In this document: positions 47,737-61,269 of the stretch, one piece after another | Numbering within the stretch: position 1 is the first letter of the stretch | Layout: each line of letters starts with the position of its first letter | Origin: Mobula hypostoma | Taxonomy: Eukaryota | Reading direction: 5' to 3' | DNA length: 64,000 bases | Assembly: GCF_963921235.1 (NCBI RefSeq) | Contig: NC_086118.1 | Coordinates: 15,192,001 to 15,256,000, forward strand | Made by a program: the position numbers and the translations under genes | Notes under the pieces: model-generated | The model's database searches: none | The model's input: only the letters and a program-made list of their open reading frames with translations | Told to the model about the DNA's origin: nothing

Positions 47737-50700
47737 ATGGCCACAATGTTTAGGTGAATGGGACCATATGATGAAACAACAGAGCAATGATGATATTGGT
47801 GTTCCAATTTTTCTGACTGCGCTTCGTGCAATAACGTTTTATTTATTATACAGTCTAGTGCTAAGCCTGGAAAAAAGTTTTACGAGGATATAGTTAAAGT
47901 CTTAAAGAACCACTGTTCATCTAAACCCTTGATTATTGCTGAAAGGTTTAAATTTCATAACAGGAATCAAGAGGAAGGAGAGTCGATTTCACAGTTTGTG
48001 GTGGTGCTGAAGCAATTGTGCGAATACTGTGATTTTGAGCAGACGCTGTTTGACACGTTACAATGATAGACTTGTGTGTGGTCTGCACAGTGAGGCAATT
48101 CAGAACCATTTGCTTACAGGAGACAAACAAACATTACAGAAGGCAATTGAGATGAGTACATCTATGGAGATGGAATCTAAAGAAGCACAGCTATAAAGTG
48201 CATTTTCCCAAGTTCATAAAGTTTCTCCTGACTTTACGAATAAGATACCTATTGACAAACAATGGTACTATTGTAGCAAAACTGGGCATCCAGCAAAAGA
48301 ATGCTGGTACAAGGATTTAGATTGCCAAAGCTGTAGCAAAAAGGGCATATTGAACACAGCTGTAAATTTAAAAGAGTCTGTCAACCAGAAAAACTGTAAT
48401 TAAAAAATTGACTTGAAAAACCAAAAAGGAACCTGTGAACAAGATGGAGCATACTGTGGGTGGACTGAGTGACTCTCACTCTGTGGTTGAAGAAGATCAG
48501 CATGTTTTATCTGGTTCAGGACACAAAGACAGCTATTGCGTGGCCCTGCGGTTGGATGGTGCCACAGTGGGGATGCAGATGGACACGGGTGCTGTAGTAT
48601 CACTGGAGTTGGAGACATTTTACAGGGAGAAATTGCAGCATCTCATCCCAGGAGCAAGATTGGCTTTGAAGATTTACACTGTTGAGGTTATTTTAGTGAG
48701 GGGAATACTACATGTTACAGTGGAGATCAACGAATAGAGAAAGAAACTTCCACTCTACATTGTTACAGGTAGTTATCCAGTGCCTCTGGGCCACTTGTGG
48801 TTGGAGCAGCTCAAACTGAACTGCAACAAAATATATTTGTTTGGTGGGAGCATTGGTTTGCAAGGGCTGTTGAAGAAACACACAGAAATATTCAATGAAG
48901 AACCAGGCAGTATGAAAGGAATCACTGTCAAATTGGCTGCTAAGCCCGACTCAGCACCCAAATGCCTGAGGCGAGACCTGTTCCAAATGCCCTCACACCA
49001 AATATCGAGACTGAATTGAAAAGTGGCCCAGAGTAAGGTACTGGAACCAGTGTAAGTAAATGGGCAACTCCAGTGGTTCCTGTCCTTAAAAAAAGAGGTG
49101 GGTCATTAAGGCTTTGTGGAGACTTCAAGGTAACTATTAACCTAGTTCTCACGGCTGAACAATGCCCTCTTCCCCTCATTAATGATTTTTTTTTTGCGGG
49201 ATTGGCCGTAGGACAGAAGTTAGCAAGGTTGACCTGCATCAAGGGTACTTGCAGATGCATGTGGAATGAGAATAAAAGGAACTGTTGACCATAGTGACTC
49301 TCAATGGAACATTCAGGTCCCGAAAGCTTTCATTTGGCATCACCTTGGCTCCTGCACTTTCAGCAAGCAACGAAACAGGTCCTGAGTGGGTTGACGGGTG
49401 CATCGCTATTTGGGTGACTTACACATTACTGGGAAAAATGAGCATGAACACCTACAAAACTTGGATGCTACACCACAAGTACACGAGGTACATGGGCAGT
49501 GGCAACAGAAAGACAATTGTGAGTCCTTTTGACCTTCGACTGAATATTTGGGCCACGTGATTGACAACTCAGGGCCTCGCAAGGCGCTATCATAGGCGAA
49601 GGCAATCATGGAGGTTCCATCACCACAGAAACCAAGTCAATTAAGATTGCTCTTAGGACTACTAACATACTATGCAAAGTTTGTTCCTCACCTAGCTAGC
49701 ATGCTCAACCCACTTCATGAGCTTTTTTAATAAATCAACACACACTTTCAGTGGACCGATTACTGTTAAGAGGCCTTTAAAAAAGCCAAAACAGCTTTAT
49801 CTCAGTCTGAAGCACTCACATACTTCTACCTGTCATTGCCCATACAGTTGCCCTGCGACACATCACCCTATAGTGTGGGTGAAGTTATCCTGCACATCAT
49901 GCCGTTGGGTGAGGAGTGTACATCAAGGACATTAAGCAAGGCAGAAAACTACTATACCCAGATTCAGTGGGAAGCACTCACAAATGCCACTGGAGTTAAG
50001 AAATTCCATCAATTACTCTTTGGTCAATGATTTACACTACTGACAGATTATTGCCCCTTGGCATCAATTTTTGGTCCACATGCAGGCATCCTATCCCTGG
50101 CTGCTAGTCAGAAGCAATGTTGAGCTCTGTTACTATCTACACATCAGTACAATATAAAGCACAGGAGGTCTAAGCACTATTCAAATGCTGATAGACTATC
50201 CAGAGTTCCCTTAGCTCTTACAGCTCCTTAGCCATCACTGAAAGTGGTCTTTCACTTCAAGAAAGTACCTACAGCTCCGATAACTGTGGCATAAGTCCAC
50301 AAGAACGCAGAGGCAACCATAGAATTGAAACCTTACCAGGCTTGATGGAAGGAGATCAAAGTCCAAGTAGTATGTTTGCTATGTGGCTACCATGTTGTCA
50401 TTCCTCCACCACTAAGAAAGCAAGTGCTTGATGAGCTAAATGCAGGACGCTGTGACGTGGTGCGCATGAAAGAAATTGCATGCAGCTACTTCTAGTGGCC
50501 AGGACTGGATGTAACCATTGAAGAGAAGGACAAAGTATGCCCACATTTTCAGTCAGTCAGAAATGTTCCTCAGCTTGCTCCTTTGCACCTATGGGAAATG
50601 CCTGAAGAACCATGACAAAATATTCACATTGATTTTACAGGTCCTGTAGAAGGGCACACGTTCTTGGTCATAGTGGATGCACATGTCAAATGGCCCGTGG

Positions 50701-51540
50701 CTGCCAACACAAAGAGCACTACATCTGAAAAACACATTGTGGAGCTCCATCTTTAGCCCTTTTTGGGTTTCCTTAACAGCTTGTAAGTGACAATGGCTAT
50801 CAACTCCTGTCTGAAGAATTCAAGGCATTTATGGAAGCAAACACCATTCAGCACATCAAGTCAGCATCATATCATCCAGCCGCTAATGTCCTTGCTAAAC
50901 ATTTCATACAAACAATGAAAGAAGCCCTCAAAACTTCAATGGGAAGTGGATCCCTCAACAAGCGTCTTGGCACTTTCTTGCTGACTTACCACAACACACC
51001 TCACTCCACCACCAAAATAGCTCCAGCAACTGCACTGATGAAAAGACAGCTTTGCACCTGGCTTGACCTGCTTAGACCACTGAACACAAAACAGATTGTG
51101 CTAAATGCACAGAAAACCCAAGCAGAGAAACATGCCACAGCGAATTACAGATGTTTCACAGCAGGAAAGAGAGTTATTGCCCAGAACTACATCTCTGGAA
51201 CAAAGCGGATAGCTGCGACCATGGTGGCACAAAATGTCACACACAGTGGAAACTAGTCACCACAACATTTGGAGAAGGCGTGTTGATCAGGTATTGCCTA
51301 CTTCTGAGGCTACCGAAAACCAACATGAACTGACCAATCCAGATCCAGTTGTAGAATTGGGACAAGATTCTGAGACACCAACTGCAGAACCTCTGTTAAA
51401 ATCAAATGACATAGCCAATGCTCCCCCATCATCTGTGCTTTCTGAAGTGCCTCTTACTGACAATGCGTATCCAAACCAAGATCGATACATACACCACTGA
51501 GAGACAAAATGACTTTGCTATCATCCCCAGTTCGTCAGTA
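47737..51540 (+). pseudogene. gag-pol pseudogene
   Basis: Domain motifs are scattered across frames with many stops. The end coordinate is approximate. Confidence 0.8.
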
Positions 51541-51807
51541 CCCTCACAGGAACAGGTGCCCTCCAGAGAGATTGATTGTCTAGTGACTAAAGCTCAGCAT
51601 GTGGGGCAGAATAATCCCCAGGGTTATGTCTGGGAATAGAGGCAGTTTAACCTCTTTTCCTAGTTTAGAAAAAAATGTTTTTTGTTGTTGAGATGATCAC
51701 TCCACTGAATGTTAATAGTGCAGTAGCTAGTCTGTACATGGGGAAGGGGGGAAAGCCTTTAAAATGGGGGGGGGAATTTTCTGAAAGGTGTGAGTGGTTT
51801 GAGGAGT

Positions 51808-52000
51808 TGTTATGTATTCATGAAAATTTTGACCCTTACAGGTTCTTGCCAAGCTTCCCTGTGTGTTACTTACTGAACATAATATGAGAGAGCATTCTGG
51901 GCAATGCCTTACGAGCAAACTAAACAGCTGCATGTTTGTTCCTCATCTCTCTGTCTCTCGTGTGTTATTCACAGTTACCCGGCCTCCCAGTACCACAACA
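51808..52000 (+). repeat. 3' LTR
   Basis: tgttatgt...ccacaaca, preceded by purine-rich tracts. Confidence 0.8.
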
Positions 52001-52179
52001 GTTCTTTCTCACCGAGAGTGTCAGAAGGTGCCAAGTGGCCTTGCATATTGTACATTTTCTATGATCCATACGCTGCAGCATCTTTCCATTGAGCGCATGC
52101 TCCTCTTCATTTTTGCAACAAAAATGTCTTTAAGTTGTCTGAAAATTTCACCCAGCTACTCTTCTTTCTCAGCCCTATA

Positions 52180-52688
52180 GGAGGGGTGATTGATAAATTC
52201 GTGGCCCGCGGTAGATGGAGTCAATTTTAGAAAACCTAGCACATTTATTTTTCAACATAGTCCCCTCCAACATGTGGACACTTAGTCCAGCGGTCGTGGA
52301 GCATACGGATCCCTTCTTTGTAGAAGTCAGCATCTTGGACCTCCAAAAAGTGGCCCACAGCAGGGGTGATTGATAAGCTCATGGCCTAAGGTAGAAGGAG
52401 ATGAGTTATACAGCTCTCGTTACATGCACGTACAGTTCAACTCTTTCAGTGATTATGCAGAAAGTTTGAAGTTAATAACTCAAGTCCTTCTACCTTAGGC
52501 CACAAACTTATCAATCACCCCTGCTGTGGACCACTTCTGGAGGTCCAAAACGCCGACTTCTACAAAGGAGGGATCCGTATGCCCACGACCGCTGGACTAA
52601 GTGTGTAAATGTAGGAAAAATAAATGTGCTAGGTTTTCTAAAATTGACTCCTTCTACCTTAGGCCACGAACTTCTCTATCACCCCTCG
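52180..52688. mobile_element. Mariner-derived palindromic MITE
   Basis: TA-flanked TIR (c)gaggggtgattgataa. Arms of ~220 bp are inverted and each carries a mariner C-terminal remnant (FYKEGIRMLHDRWTKC...GDYVEK*). Confidence 0.9.
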
Positions 52689-53625
52689 TACATGTCTAGG
52701 AAATGGATTGTTAGAGCTCCAAAATAAATGATAACACTACACCATCCAGTTTCTGAAAGAATCATGCTGCAATCATTTCCAAAGGAAAAGACACCAATCA
52801 CTAAAGTGGATTGAGCTTGGTCCTGGTCAGGAAATGTACATCCCATTTTAGTCTCTGAATTTTGACTTACATTTCACACAGATTCTGAATTAGCACAATA
52901 TGAGAAACAATTTAGTACACCTGCTTTGAGACAATGGTGATTTACATTTTTCCCCCAATGGTAAGCAATCTTTATTATTATTATTATTGTCTGATGAAGA
53001 ACACAACCAATATCCAGCTCCCCACCAGACCCTCACCCACCTGCACTTCAACAGTAAACAAATCTCATGAAACAAGGGCCATGCACAGATAAGCTGAAAT
53101 AACTATTCATTAGGCAGGATATATACTTCTGCCTATGTCAAGTTAATTCAAGGCGAATTATCCAACAGAACATCCAACAGAAAGGTCAAAGTAGAAAACG
53201 TCAAAGTGGAAAACTGATAGTTTTATTAATATTGTGTGCCAATAAGTTTAATAAAGCATTTCATTTAAAGGGTTGGATACCTGCCATTTAAGTGTCATAG
53301 GAGCCAAGTTCCTTGAAGCCTTCCCACACATGACTGATAAGTTTAGTGATGCTAACAGGCAACAAAGAGACAAGGCAAAAATTTTGCATGTGATCACTGC
53401 ACTTCAGGATAATTATAATGTACCACTGTACCACTGATGTACACAGTCATTATCGGCATTCAAGGAAATAAGGATGCAAGATGATCACAGAGGCACATCT
53501 AAGTATATTTCAGAAAGTTAGAATACCAGTGCAAAACTACTAATAAAGTTGTTAATTCAGAAGTGCTGAGCACACAATTCAAAATGGAAGATACGTCCAA
53601 ATTAAAACAGTTCTAATCCACTGTC

Positions 53626-53852
53626 ACACGCAAACACGAGGAATTCTGCAGATGCTGGAAATTCAAGCAACACACATCAAAGTTACTGGTGAACGCAGCA
53701 GGCCAGGCAGCATCTCTTGGAAGAGGTACAGTCGACGTTTCGGGCCGAGACCCTTCGTCAGGCCCTGACGGCCCGAAACGTCGACTGTACCTCTTCCTAG
53801 AGATGCTGCCTGGCCTGCTGCGTTCACCAGCAACTTTGATGTATGTTGCTAC
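53626..53852. mobile_element. Head-to-head Penelope pLTR palindrome with 11-bp TSD
   Basis: aatccactgtc at 53615-53625 and 53853-53863. Arms of ~80 bp are near-perfect inverted copies meeting in the hammerhead motif. Confidence 0.9.
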
Positions 53853-54769
53853 AATCCACTGTCGCTACCTAGACAAATAATTCCCAAGAACACAAAAAAA
53901 CTGTGCAGGTGGACAACTGATAGTATGTTTTCTGAAATGCTCAGATTAATTAATCCAACATAAAAACATTGAAGCATTGTTTGCGGAGACTACAATTTCT
54001 GTAGGGTTTCTCACACAGAGGCAGCCAATAGCTTTAATCTTTCTGTAAATAAATACCAAGTCTTTACATGGAGGGGAAAAATCACAAATTTGTGGTTTCT
54101 TAATAGTTTAAATTGTTTTCTTTTTTGTTCTGAGAATGTAAACAACCTGAGTAAAAGAAAATCAGTAACAGAGTTTCAGAGATAATGAGAGGGAGGGAGA
54201 AAGAAACTGAGGCAGGGGAGGCGTGGGAAGACAGTGCGACACTACAAAGGAAAGGGAAAGAGAGACAGCAATACAAACGAGTGGAAGACAAGAGGGAAAT
54301 GTATATTAAAGAGGGAAAGGCAAGAGGGAGAAATACAAGCTAAGGAGCATGAGACACAAATGGAAAGGAATATTCATGTAATGGTTTCTGTCTGCATGAT
54401 ATGCTGTAATAACCAGTCAAGCAACTTTGTACCTCTGAGGCTGGGTTGCAGGTATGCAGTGGATGAATCTGTGAATCGAATCGCAGGTTTGGTTTCAGTT
54501 TGATTTATTATTTTGGTGTGTATCGTTAAAGTTAGTCAGATGTTTCATAAATCACCGATGTTTTTATGAAATCAGTAGAATCCGCTTGCTGCTTCGCATT
54601 GCAGCCAATTCTATATAAAAATATTTAAATTATTTTATTTGTGCAACACTTATTAGATCTCCTCATTGAGCAAATTGGGTTGTAATTCATCTCAACTACA
54701 AAACAAAAAGTCAGTGTGTCTTTTGAAGCGTTATAATACTAAGTCAGGTGCATTATCACACCTCCTGGA

Positions 54770-55190
54770 ATGGCTGACTTGTCCAATGAGGAGAGATTGA
54801 GCAGAGTGGGTCCAAATACTCTAGAATTTATTAAGAATAAAGGGGCTTGACAGGTAGCTGAAGAGCCCCCTAACCATAGGTTTTGATGGAGGTATGCAAT
54901 ACTATGAGTACAAAAAGGGCTTTTTCCACTGAGGCTGGGTGAAACTAGAACTACAGCTCATAGGTTAAGAAAGGTGAACTATTTAGAGGGAACCTGAGGG
55001 GGAGCATCTTCACTCAGAGGATGGTGCAAGTGTGGAATGGGCTGCCTGAGGAATGGGTGGACGCGGAGTCAATTTCAACATTTAAGAAGTTTGGGTAAGT
55101 ACATGGACAGGAGGGGTATGGAGGACTATGGTCCAGGTACAGGTCAATAGGGCCAAGCAGAGTAACAGTTCAGCATGGATTAGACAGGCC
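54770..55190 (+). mobile_element. Degenerate CR1 3' fragment(s)
   Basis: gaggagagattgagcaga...ttcactcagaggatggtgcaagtgtggaatgggctgcc (FTQRMVQVWNGLP). Confidence 0.7.
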
Positions 55191-55194
55191 AAGC

Positions 55195-55405
55195 GACTTG
55201 GGCTCAATTCCCACTGCAGTCTGTAACGAGCTTGTACATTCTCCCTGTGATAATGTGGGTTTCCTCCAGATGGTACAGTTTTCTACCGCATTCAAAGAAT
55301 GTCAGGGTTAGTGGATTAATTGGTCACATAGGTATAATTGGGCATTGCTGGCCATTTGGGCCAGAAGGGCTTGTTACCACACTGTACCTCTAAATAAATA
55401 AATAA
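55195..55405 (+). mobile_element. HE1/V-SINE-like element
   Basis: B-box-like ggctcaattcc, a gtgggtttcctcc core, gggccagaagggcttgtt and an (AAAT)n tail. Confidence 0.75.
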
Positions 55406-55409
55406 TACT

Positions 55410-56372
55410 CCTGTACAAGAGCCCTGCAACATCTGGCAACCCTGTGATATCTGTCTCAGAGATCAATGTCTGAACAACTTACAAGAGGGTAAACCTTTGC
55501 AAGAATTCTTGCTCCTATAGGGTATCTGATACGTATTGAATGCCTAACTGGATGGTGTGTTGAAGGACATTTTCAATCTCTCACATTGCTGCAGTCAGAG
55601 GTTCTCGCCTGCTTCAAAAGGGCATCAATCATACTGGTGCCCAAGAAGAGCAGGGTGACCTGCCTAAATGACTACCACCCAAGGTGGACTCATATCTGCT
55701 ATAACAAAGTGTTTTGAGAGGTTGGACATGAATGGAATTAACTCCTGCCAAAGCAAGGACCTGAATCTGCTGCAACTTGCCTACCATCACAATTAGTCTC
55801 ACTGGCTCTCCACTTGGCCTTGGACTACCTGGACAACCTGGACAACAGCAATACCCACATTAGACTGCTGTTTATTGATTACAGTTCAGTATTCAACCAT
55901 CATCCCCTCAGTAATAATCAACTGGTTTCAAAACCAGGGCCTCTGTACCTCCTTCTGCAACTGGATCCTCAAATTCCTTATTGGGAGACCACATCAGTGT
56001 GGATCAGAAATAAATTCTTCACCTTGCTGACAATGAACACAAGCGCACCTCAAGAATGTGTGCTAAGGCCACTGCTCTGCCTTCTGTACACCCATGACTA
56101 TGTGGCTAGGCACAGCATAAGCACCATCTCTAAATTCATCAATGACACAACTGTCGTCAGCAGAGTCTCAGACGACGAGGCGTACAAGAATGAGATGGTG
56201 TCACAACCATCACCTTGCACTCAACATCACTAAGACTAAAGAATTGATTGTAGTTTTCAGTAAGGAGGAGACAAGGAAACACACACCAGTCCGCATCAAG
56301 GGGTCAACAGTTGAAAGGGTGAACAGCTTCAGATTCCTGGGTGTCAACATCTCTGAAGATCTATCTTGGGGT
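55410..56372 (+). mobile_element. Rex1/Babar LINE RT fragment
   Basis: CLNDY, RLLFIDYSSVFN, APQECVLRPLL.LLYTHD, KFINDTTVV, LNITKTKELIV and FRFLGVNI. Its tail is at ~56570-56777. Confidence 0.9.
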
Positions 56373-59351
56373 CAACAGATTAGGATGGGTCTCATCAGAG
56401 AGAGGCTAGAAAATCTAAGGTTATTTAAAAGGGGTAACTAACAATTATTAGGGTAATTGAGGGATACAGGGGCCTCACAGGATGAAGACTTCAAAATTTG
56501 GCTTCCATTAGCTGGCAGTTTTGCTTTACCTAGGAAGTACCCCTTCTGGCTTTATTAATCCTCCAGATTACTTATTTATTATTATTTCTTTTTTAAAATT
56601 TTTGTATTTCCTCAGTTTGTCGGCTTTTGCACAGCGGTTGGGTACGGTCTTTCATTGATTCTATTGTGTTTCTAGTATTTACTATGAATGACTACAAGAA
56701 AATGAATCTCAGGGTTGTTCAGTATATGGTAACATATACGTATGTACTTTGATAATAAACTTGCTTTGAACTTTGAAATGAGCAGATACAGGCCCTCAAT
56801 ACCTGAATGGCCTCATTATATCCCAATATCACCACTGCAGAAAAGAATGCTGGCATCCGAGGTGTCCCAGAACTGGAATTTGCATCAGGAATGCAAAATT
56901 GACTCATGCCCAGAAATCTTTCCAGCTTGGAAATAGTCACAATAATTGGCAAAACAAAAAATCCATTTTTACTTGCATAACACTGAAAAAGAGACTTCTG
57001 CAATTGAGTTTCTGGCCCCACGTTTTATAAGTAAGCTGTTCTCAGCTATTGATTTTTTTCCTCTTTAAACCTCACCAGTTCACTTTGGGCTCTCTGCCAG
57101 CCACACGCAACCCATGTGCTGGAACACTAGTTTGGCACAAACTGACATAAAGACAGCTTTTGATTCCTTATAACTTGCTATGAGCCCTTCCTCCTCCACT
57201 GACCAACTCCTTGTATCCATAGGCCAATAAGTATATTTTATCTACTTTCAAGGTTGTTTTCTCCTGGGTAAAATTCAAGAGACAGATCTTGGCAAAAAAT
57301 AAAAACTATAAAATCTGTATGTAATTTTAGGAAAGAGTGACATTTTCTTTGGTGGTCTGGTTACTGTGAACTCAGTACCCAGTGACAGAGCTGCCCGTAG
57401 TTGCTAGATTACTGAGAATGTTGAGTGCTTGAGATATAGTTGGTGATGTCTGACCTCATAGAAAAAAAATCTTGAGTTTACAAACCTAATGTGTCCAAAA
57501 AAAATCTAGCATGCATGGCTGATTGAATACACAGCAGATTAATTTAAAACTAAATTTACGTGCTGCTTTTGGATGGAGTCTCAACTCTGACTGCAGAGCT
57601 GCAAAATAAAACTGCAGAACTGCCCAAGCCTAGTTTGGACGGAAAAGGTCCTTTGACCTACTTAGTGTCATTTATCTAGACTCCCAACTCGACTCTTCAC
57701 TTATTGCAGAATCTGACTGTTGCTCAACTGAATTCTATGTCATACCTTCAAACCTTCCTGTCAAAACTTCTAGCTGTTGATCAACACAGGCATTGAGTAA
57801 TATATCTTGGCCTATGTCCCAATCTTCCCTTTGACAATCCTAAATCAGTACCTTCATCTCTTGCTATGATACAGACTCTCAGCACATTATTCCACATTAG
57901 CTTCTGGATGAAGCCAAACAAAACCAATAAATATTGAGTACCCTCTTCTTTCAGTGCCTTTAGTGGATTCAGAACTTCTATAAGCCAAAAATGGGAGCAA
58001 TCAAATTTTTTTATGTTGAAGCTGCTGTTGGTATGAGACCATTTCAGAACACCAACAGCCTTATGATATTTGGAATAATTCCCTAATAGCTATGGTTGAA
58101 TAAAAAAAATTCTTAAAAAGATCACCTGTTTACTAAAGGATCCAAAAGTATCTGCCACAGCTCATCTGGGGTACTTTTACCTCTGATTGGTATATCCTAA
58201 ATTCAAACAATCTCCAGTTGTATGCATCTATTGTGCATTGCACTGTCAGAGGAGCCTATTTCTGAGAAAAACATTTATTAAAGCCCTACTTTCTTCTGAG
58301 GAATAAAAGATCCCATAGTAAAAGGAGAGAACCAGTACTCCCTGTCTCAGTCAACATCACCAAAAGGATGCTAACTAGTTAATAACAAATTGCTTCTTGT
58401 GTTTCTGACATCCAGTGGAACTCCTTTGCTTCAGAATAACTCAACTCATTGTAGAGGTCTTCTGTGGCATCTTGAGATTAATAAGGCTTCCCCTTGTTTC
58501 ATTAAATGCACAGCACTTGCAAAATATGGACTGCCAAATGTCTATATTCATACAAACATGGATTAGAATAACTGGTTTAAGCACAGGAACTTCTCAGAGA
58601 ATTTTACATTTCAAAACATTTATCAAAAACCACTTTGACGTGAACTATAATATGGAGTGTAACAGGAAACATCACTGCAGACACTGACCAATATTCTTAA
58701 TTATTATTCAATTACTATATAAAATCCACAAAATACCACCAAAATCTCTCTCTCCCATCAGTGCTAAGAGGACTCTAAACCAGCTGATTAATTTTCATCA
58801 CCGTCAACTCAAAAATAATTATTGCCAGACTGAATATTAAGTATTATGCAGAGATGCACCATTGGCTATTTTGCATCTTCATGAAGAAAAGAAATTACAA
58901 TGTCATGAATCATTAGAATGAGAGACCGGATACCAATGGGGAAAGTGGCTTTATTCTTTGCAAAAGGGAAGTCCCGGAAATTAAAGTGAATGTACAACAT
59001 GCCACAGCAAGGTGTGTTGAGATGAGAGCTGGGTGAATGATAAAAGTGACTTTACACAGGGAGCCTTTCACATTGGTCAGAGGAAGAAGGCAATCTTGAG
59101 GTTTAAAATTGGGGCTTTATCGAACGATCAGCTGCTGAGAAGATTGAGGAGGTTTGGGAGGAAATGGTTTGGGACTCACAAAGCCAGGTGATGGAGGGGG
59201 AGGCAGAAGCAAGTTTTCTTCAATTTCAAAAGCAAGTTTATTTAGAATCTAAACACACAAATTAAAACACAGTGCATTCATTCGTTCCAGTCATAGTGCC
59301 ATTCAGACTATATTTCAAATATCATTGACTTTATACATTGCCAGCCTTAGC

Positions 59352-59660
59352 ACATAGAATCATAGTTACACAGTATGAAAACAAGCCTGTTCACCTAACT
59401 TGCACGCCAACCAAGATGCCCAATGAACCAGTCCCATTTGCCAGTGCTTAGCCCATAACCTTTGAAACCTTTCCTATCTACGTAGCTGCCCAATTGTCTT
59501 TTAAAAGTAGTGTTGTACCTGCATCAATCGCTTCCTCTGGCAGCTCAATCCACATAGATGTGAATTTTTAACAAAGCTGTCCTCAAATTCCTCTCAAATC
59601 TTTTCCCTCTCACCTTAAACATGTGCTCTCTAGTTCTTGATTGCCCAAACCTGGGGAAAT
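59352..59660 (-). mobile_element. CR1 3' tail
   Basis: catagaatcatag...agtcccatttgcc...cttcctctggcagctc...ctcaccttaaac...ctagttcttga is a typical reverse-complement CR1 end. Confidence 0.75.
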
Positions 59661-60850
59661 TTAACTAACTGGGACATTGTGCAGCTACATGGCTAGGCTT
59701 ATCCTCAGCAACACCAGGAATAGGTAGAACCACAGCACACAGTGGCATATGTTCCTTGGCTCCAAGCACAGCCTGATGCAACCACATACAAGGGTGGCCA
59801 TCAGGATGAGGGTGATATCAGATACTTTAGATCATGTAGTGCAATAACTTGAACTTTGTAACCCATTTCTGAGATCCTCAGATGAACTGAAAGATGACAC
59901 AGGTAGCTGTCAGGGTGGAGGAACAAGGAATGTACCATATCTGCACCAAATACAGCAGCTGGGAGAGCACCTTATCCTCTAATGAACATACTCCGAGCTG
60001 ATATTGTAAGGGAGTATGATTCCCATGTTTGCTTTATCTGGCTGTTACATCCTTCAGACCCTCGGAACCAGATCCCCAGAACCTTCAGGTAGTCTAGACC
60101 TTACAGTGAAGGGGACGGTGGACTGGTTGCACCCATTGCTAAAGAACATGGCTTTGCTTTTGAAGTTGACTGTGGCCCGATGCCAACTCAAAACTGGTAC
60201 CAGATGCTGAGCAATCTGTGGAGCACCCATGGGTCCAAGCAGAATACAACCAGTCCATGAACCTGGCAACATCACTCTCCTATATACGTGTCCTTCCTAG
60301 TGGATTCAGCAAAGGGTTATTTGCAACACCCAAGCCAGGAAAGAGTCAAGAACCCTGCCATACTCCAGACTTTTGCACTAATTGATTTGAACTGCACAAT
60401 GGATATCCGTGTAGAGCACACAAATCCAGTTCTTGACTCCATCCCCAAGACACATTTTGGAGATCACATCCATCCAACATGTGTGCAATATCCTCTAAAA
60501 GTCCTTCTCCTGTTCCAAATGGACTAGACAGATGTCTACCTGTCCCTCAAGAGATCCCATGTTTTCTTCTAAACTCCAGCAAGTACAGGCCCAGAGCCCT
60601 CAAATGCTCAGCATTTATCAGCATGACACAAAGGAAAATCTTGAGAAAACTGACCGTGAGGCATAACTGGAGTACCACTGAGCAATACAAGTCTATCAAA
60701 GATTTTCCTGCCAGGTAAGCTCAGGTTTTGTTAGAGTGGATCATCTGTCCCCAGGCAGATTTAAGCCAGTTGGCAACGACTTTGTACCGGATATTATAAT
60801 CCAGATTCAACAGGGGGATGGGTCTCCAATTCCAAATATCCTACTTAAAG
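59660..60850 (-). mobile_element. Tx1/L1-clade LINE RT fragment, degenerate (short CR1 piece at ~60480-60610)
   Basis: Minus-strand remnants NWRPIPLLNLDYNI..KVVAN.LKSA.GQMIH, ATVNFKSKAMFFSN and VLSQLLYLVQIW...IFQFI. Confidence 0.7.
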
Positions 60851-61269
60851 TAGATCTAAATGATGTTTTTTACTACCATTGGAACCTGTAGACTTGCACC
60901 TGATCTGGCACGTCCAGTCTGCTTCCAGTCTGAAGCACGACTCATTTGTCAAGTAAAGACCTCCTTACACATGGAAAATCTACATGAAATAAGAAAACTA
61001 GTGAGAGTGATATCCAGGTATGAACTGCACACTGTTGGTCAATACTGCACGTATCCTGGTGACTCTATGTATTAACTCATAAAGTGCATGTATGTCCTGA
61101 ATGGAAAATTTCAGAGTTTGCTATCATGAAATAATACCCTAGTTGTGCTTCACGATCAGTCACATGGAGAATTCTATAACGTGCTGGGAAGATTCCCAGG
61201 TGATGCTCAGGTCTGCGCGCACCACTGACAATTCTGAGAAGTGACCTTGTGTATGTAATAAACAGAAGT

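Larger units (their letters stand above)
47304..52000 (+). mobile_element. Gypsy/Ty3 LTR retrotransposon (Mag-like), full length but degenerate
   Basis: Two short LTRs, a PBS-like actgacgatgagg, gag with two CCHC remnants, protease [23 protein letters not shown], RNase H and integrase IHIDFTGP / VSDNG / YHPAAN in Gypsy order. GTTC occurs on both flanks. Confidence 0.92.

Noticed and set aside
54540..54625. Small hairpin (tttcataaa/tttatgaaa) followed by CCAAT and TATATAAA
   Set aside because: CCAAT-TATA spacing is too short and the context is AT-rich, with no downstream gene evidence.
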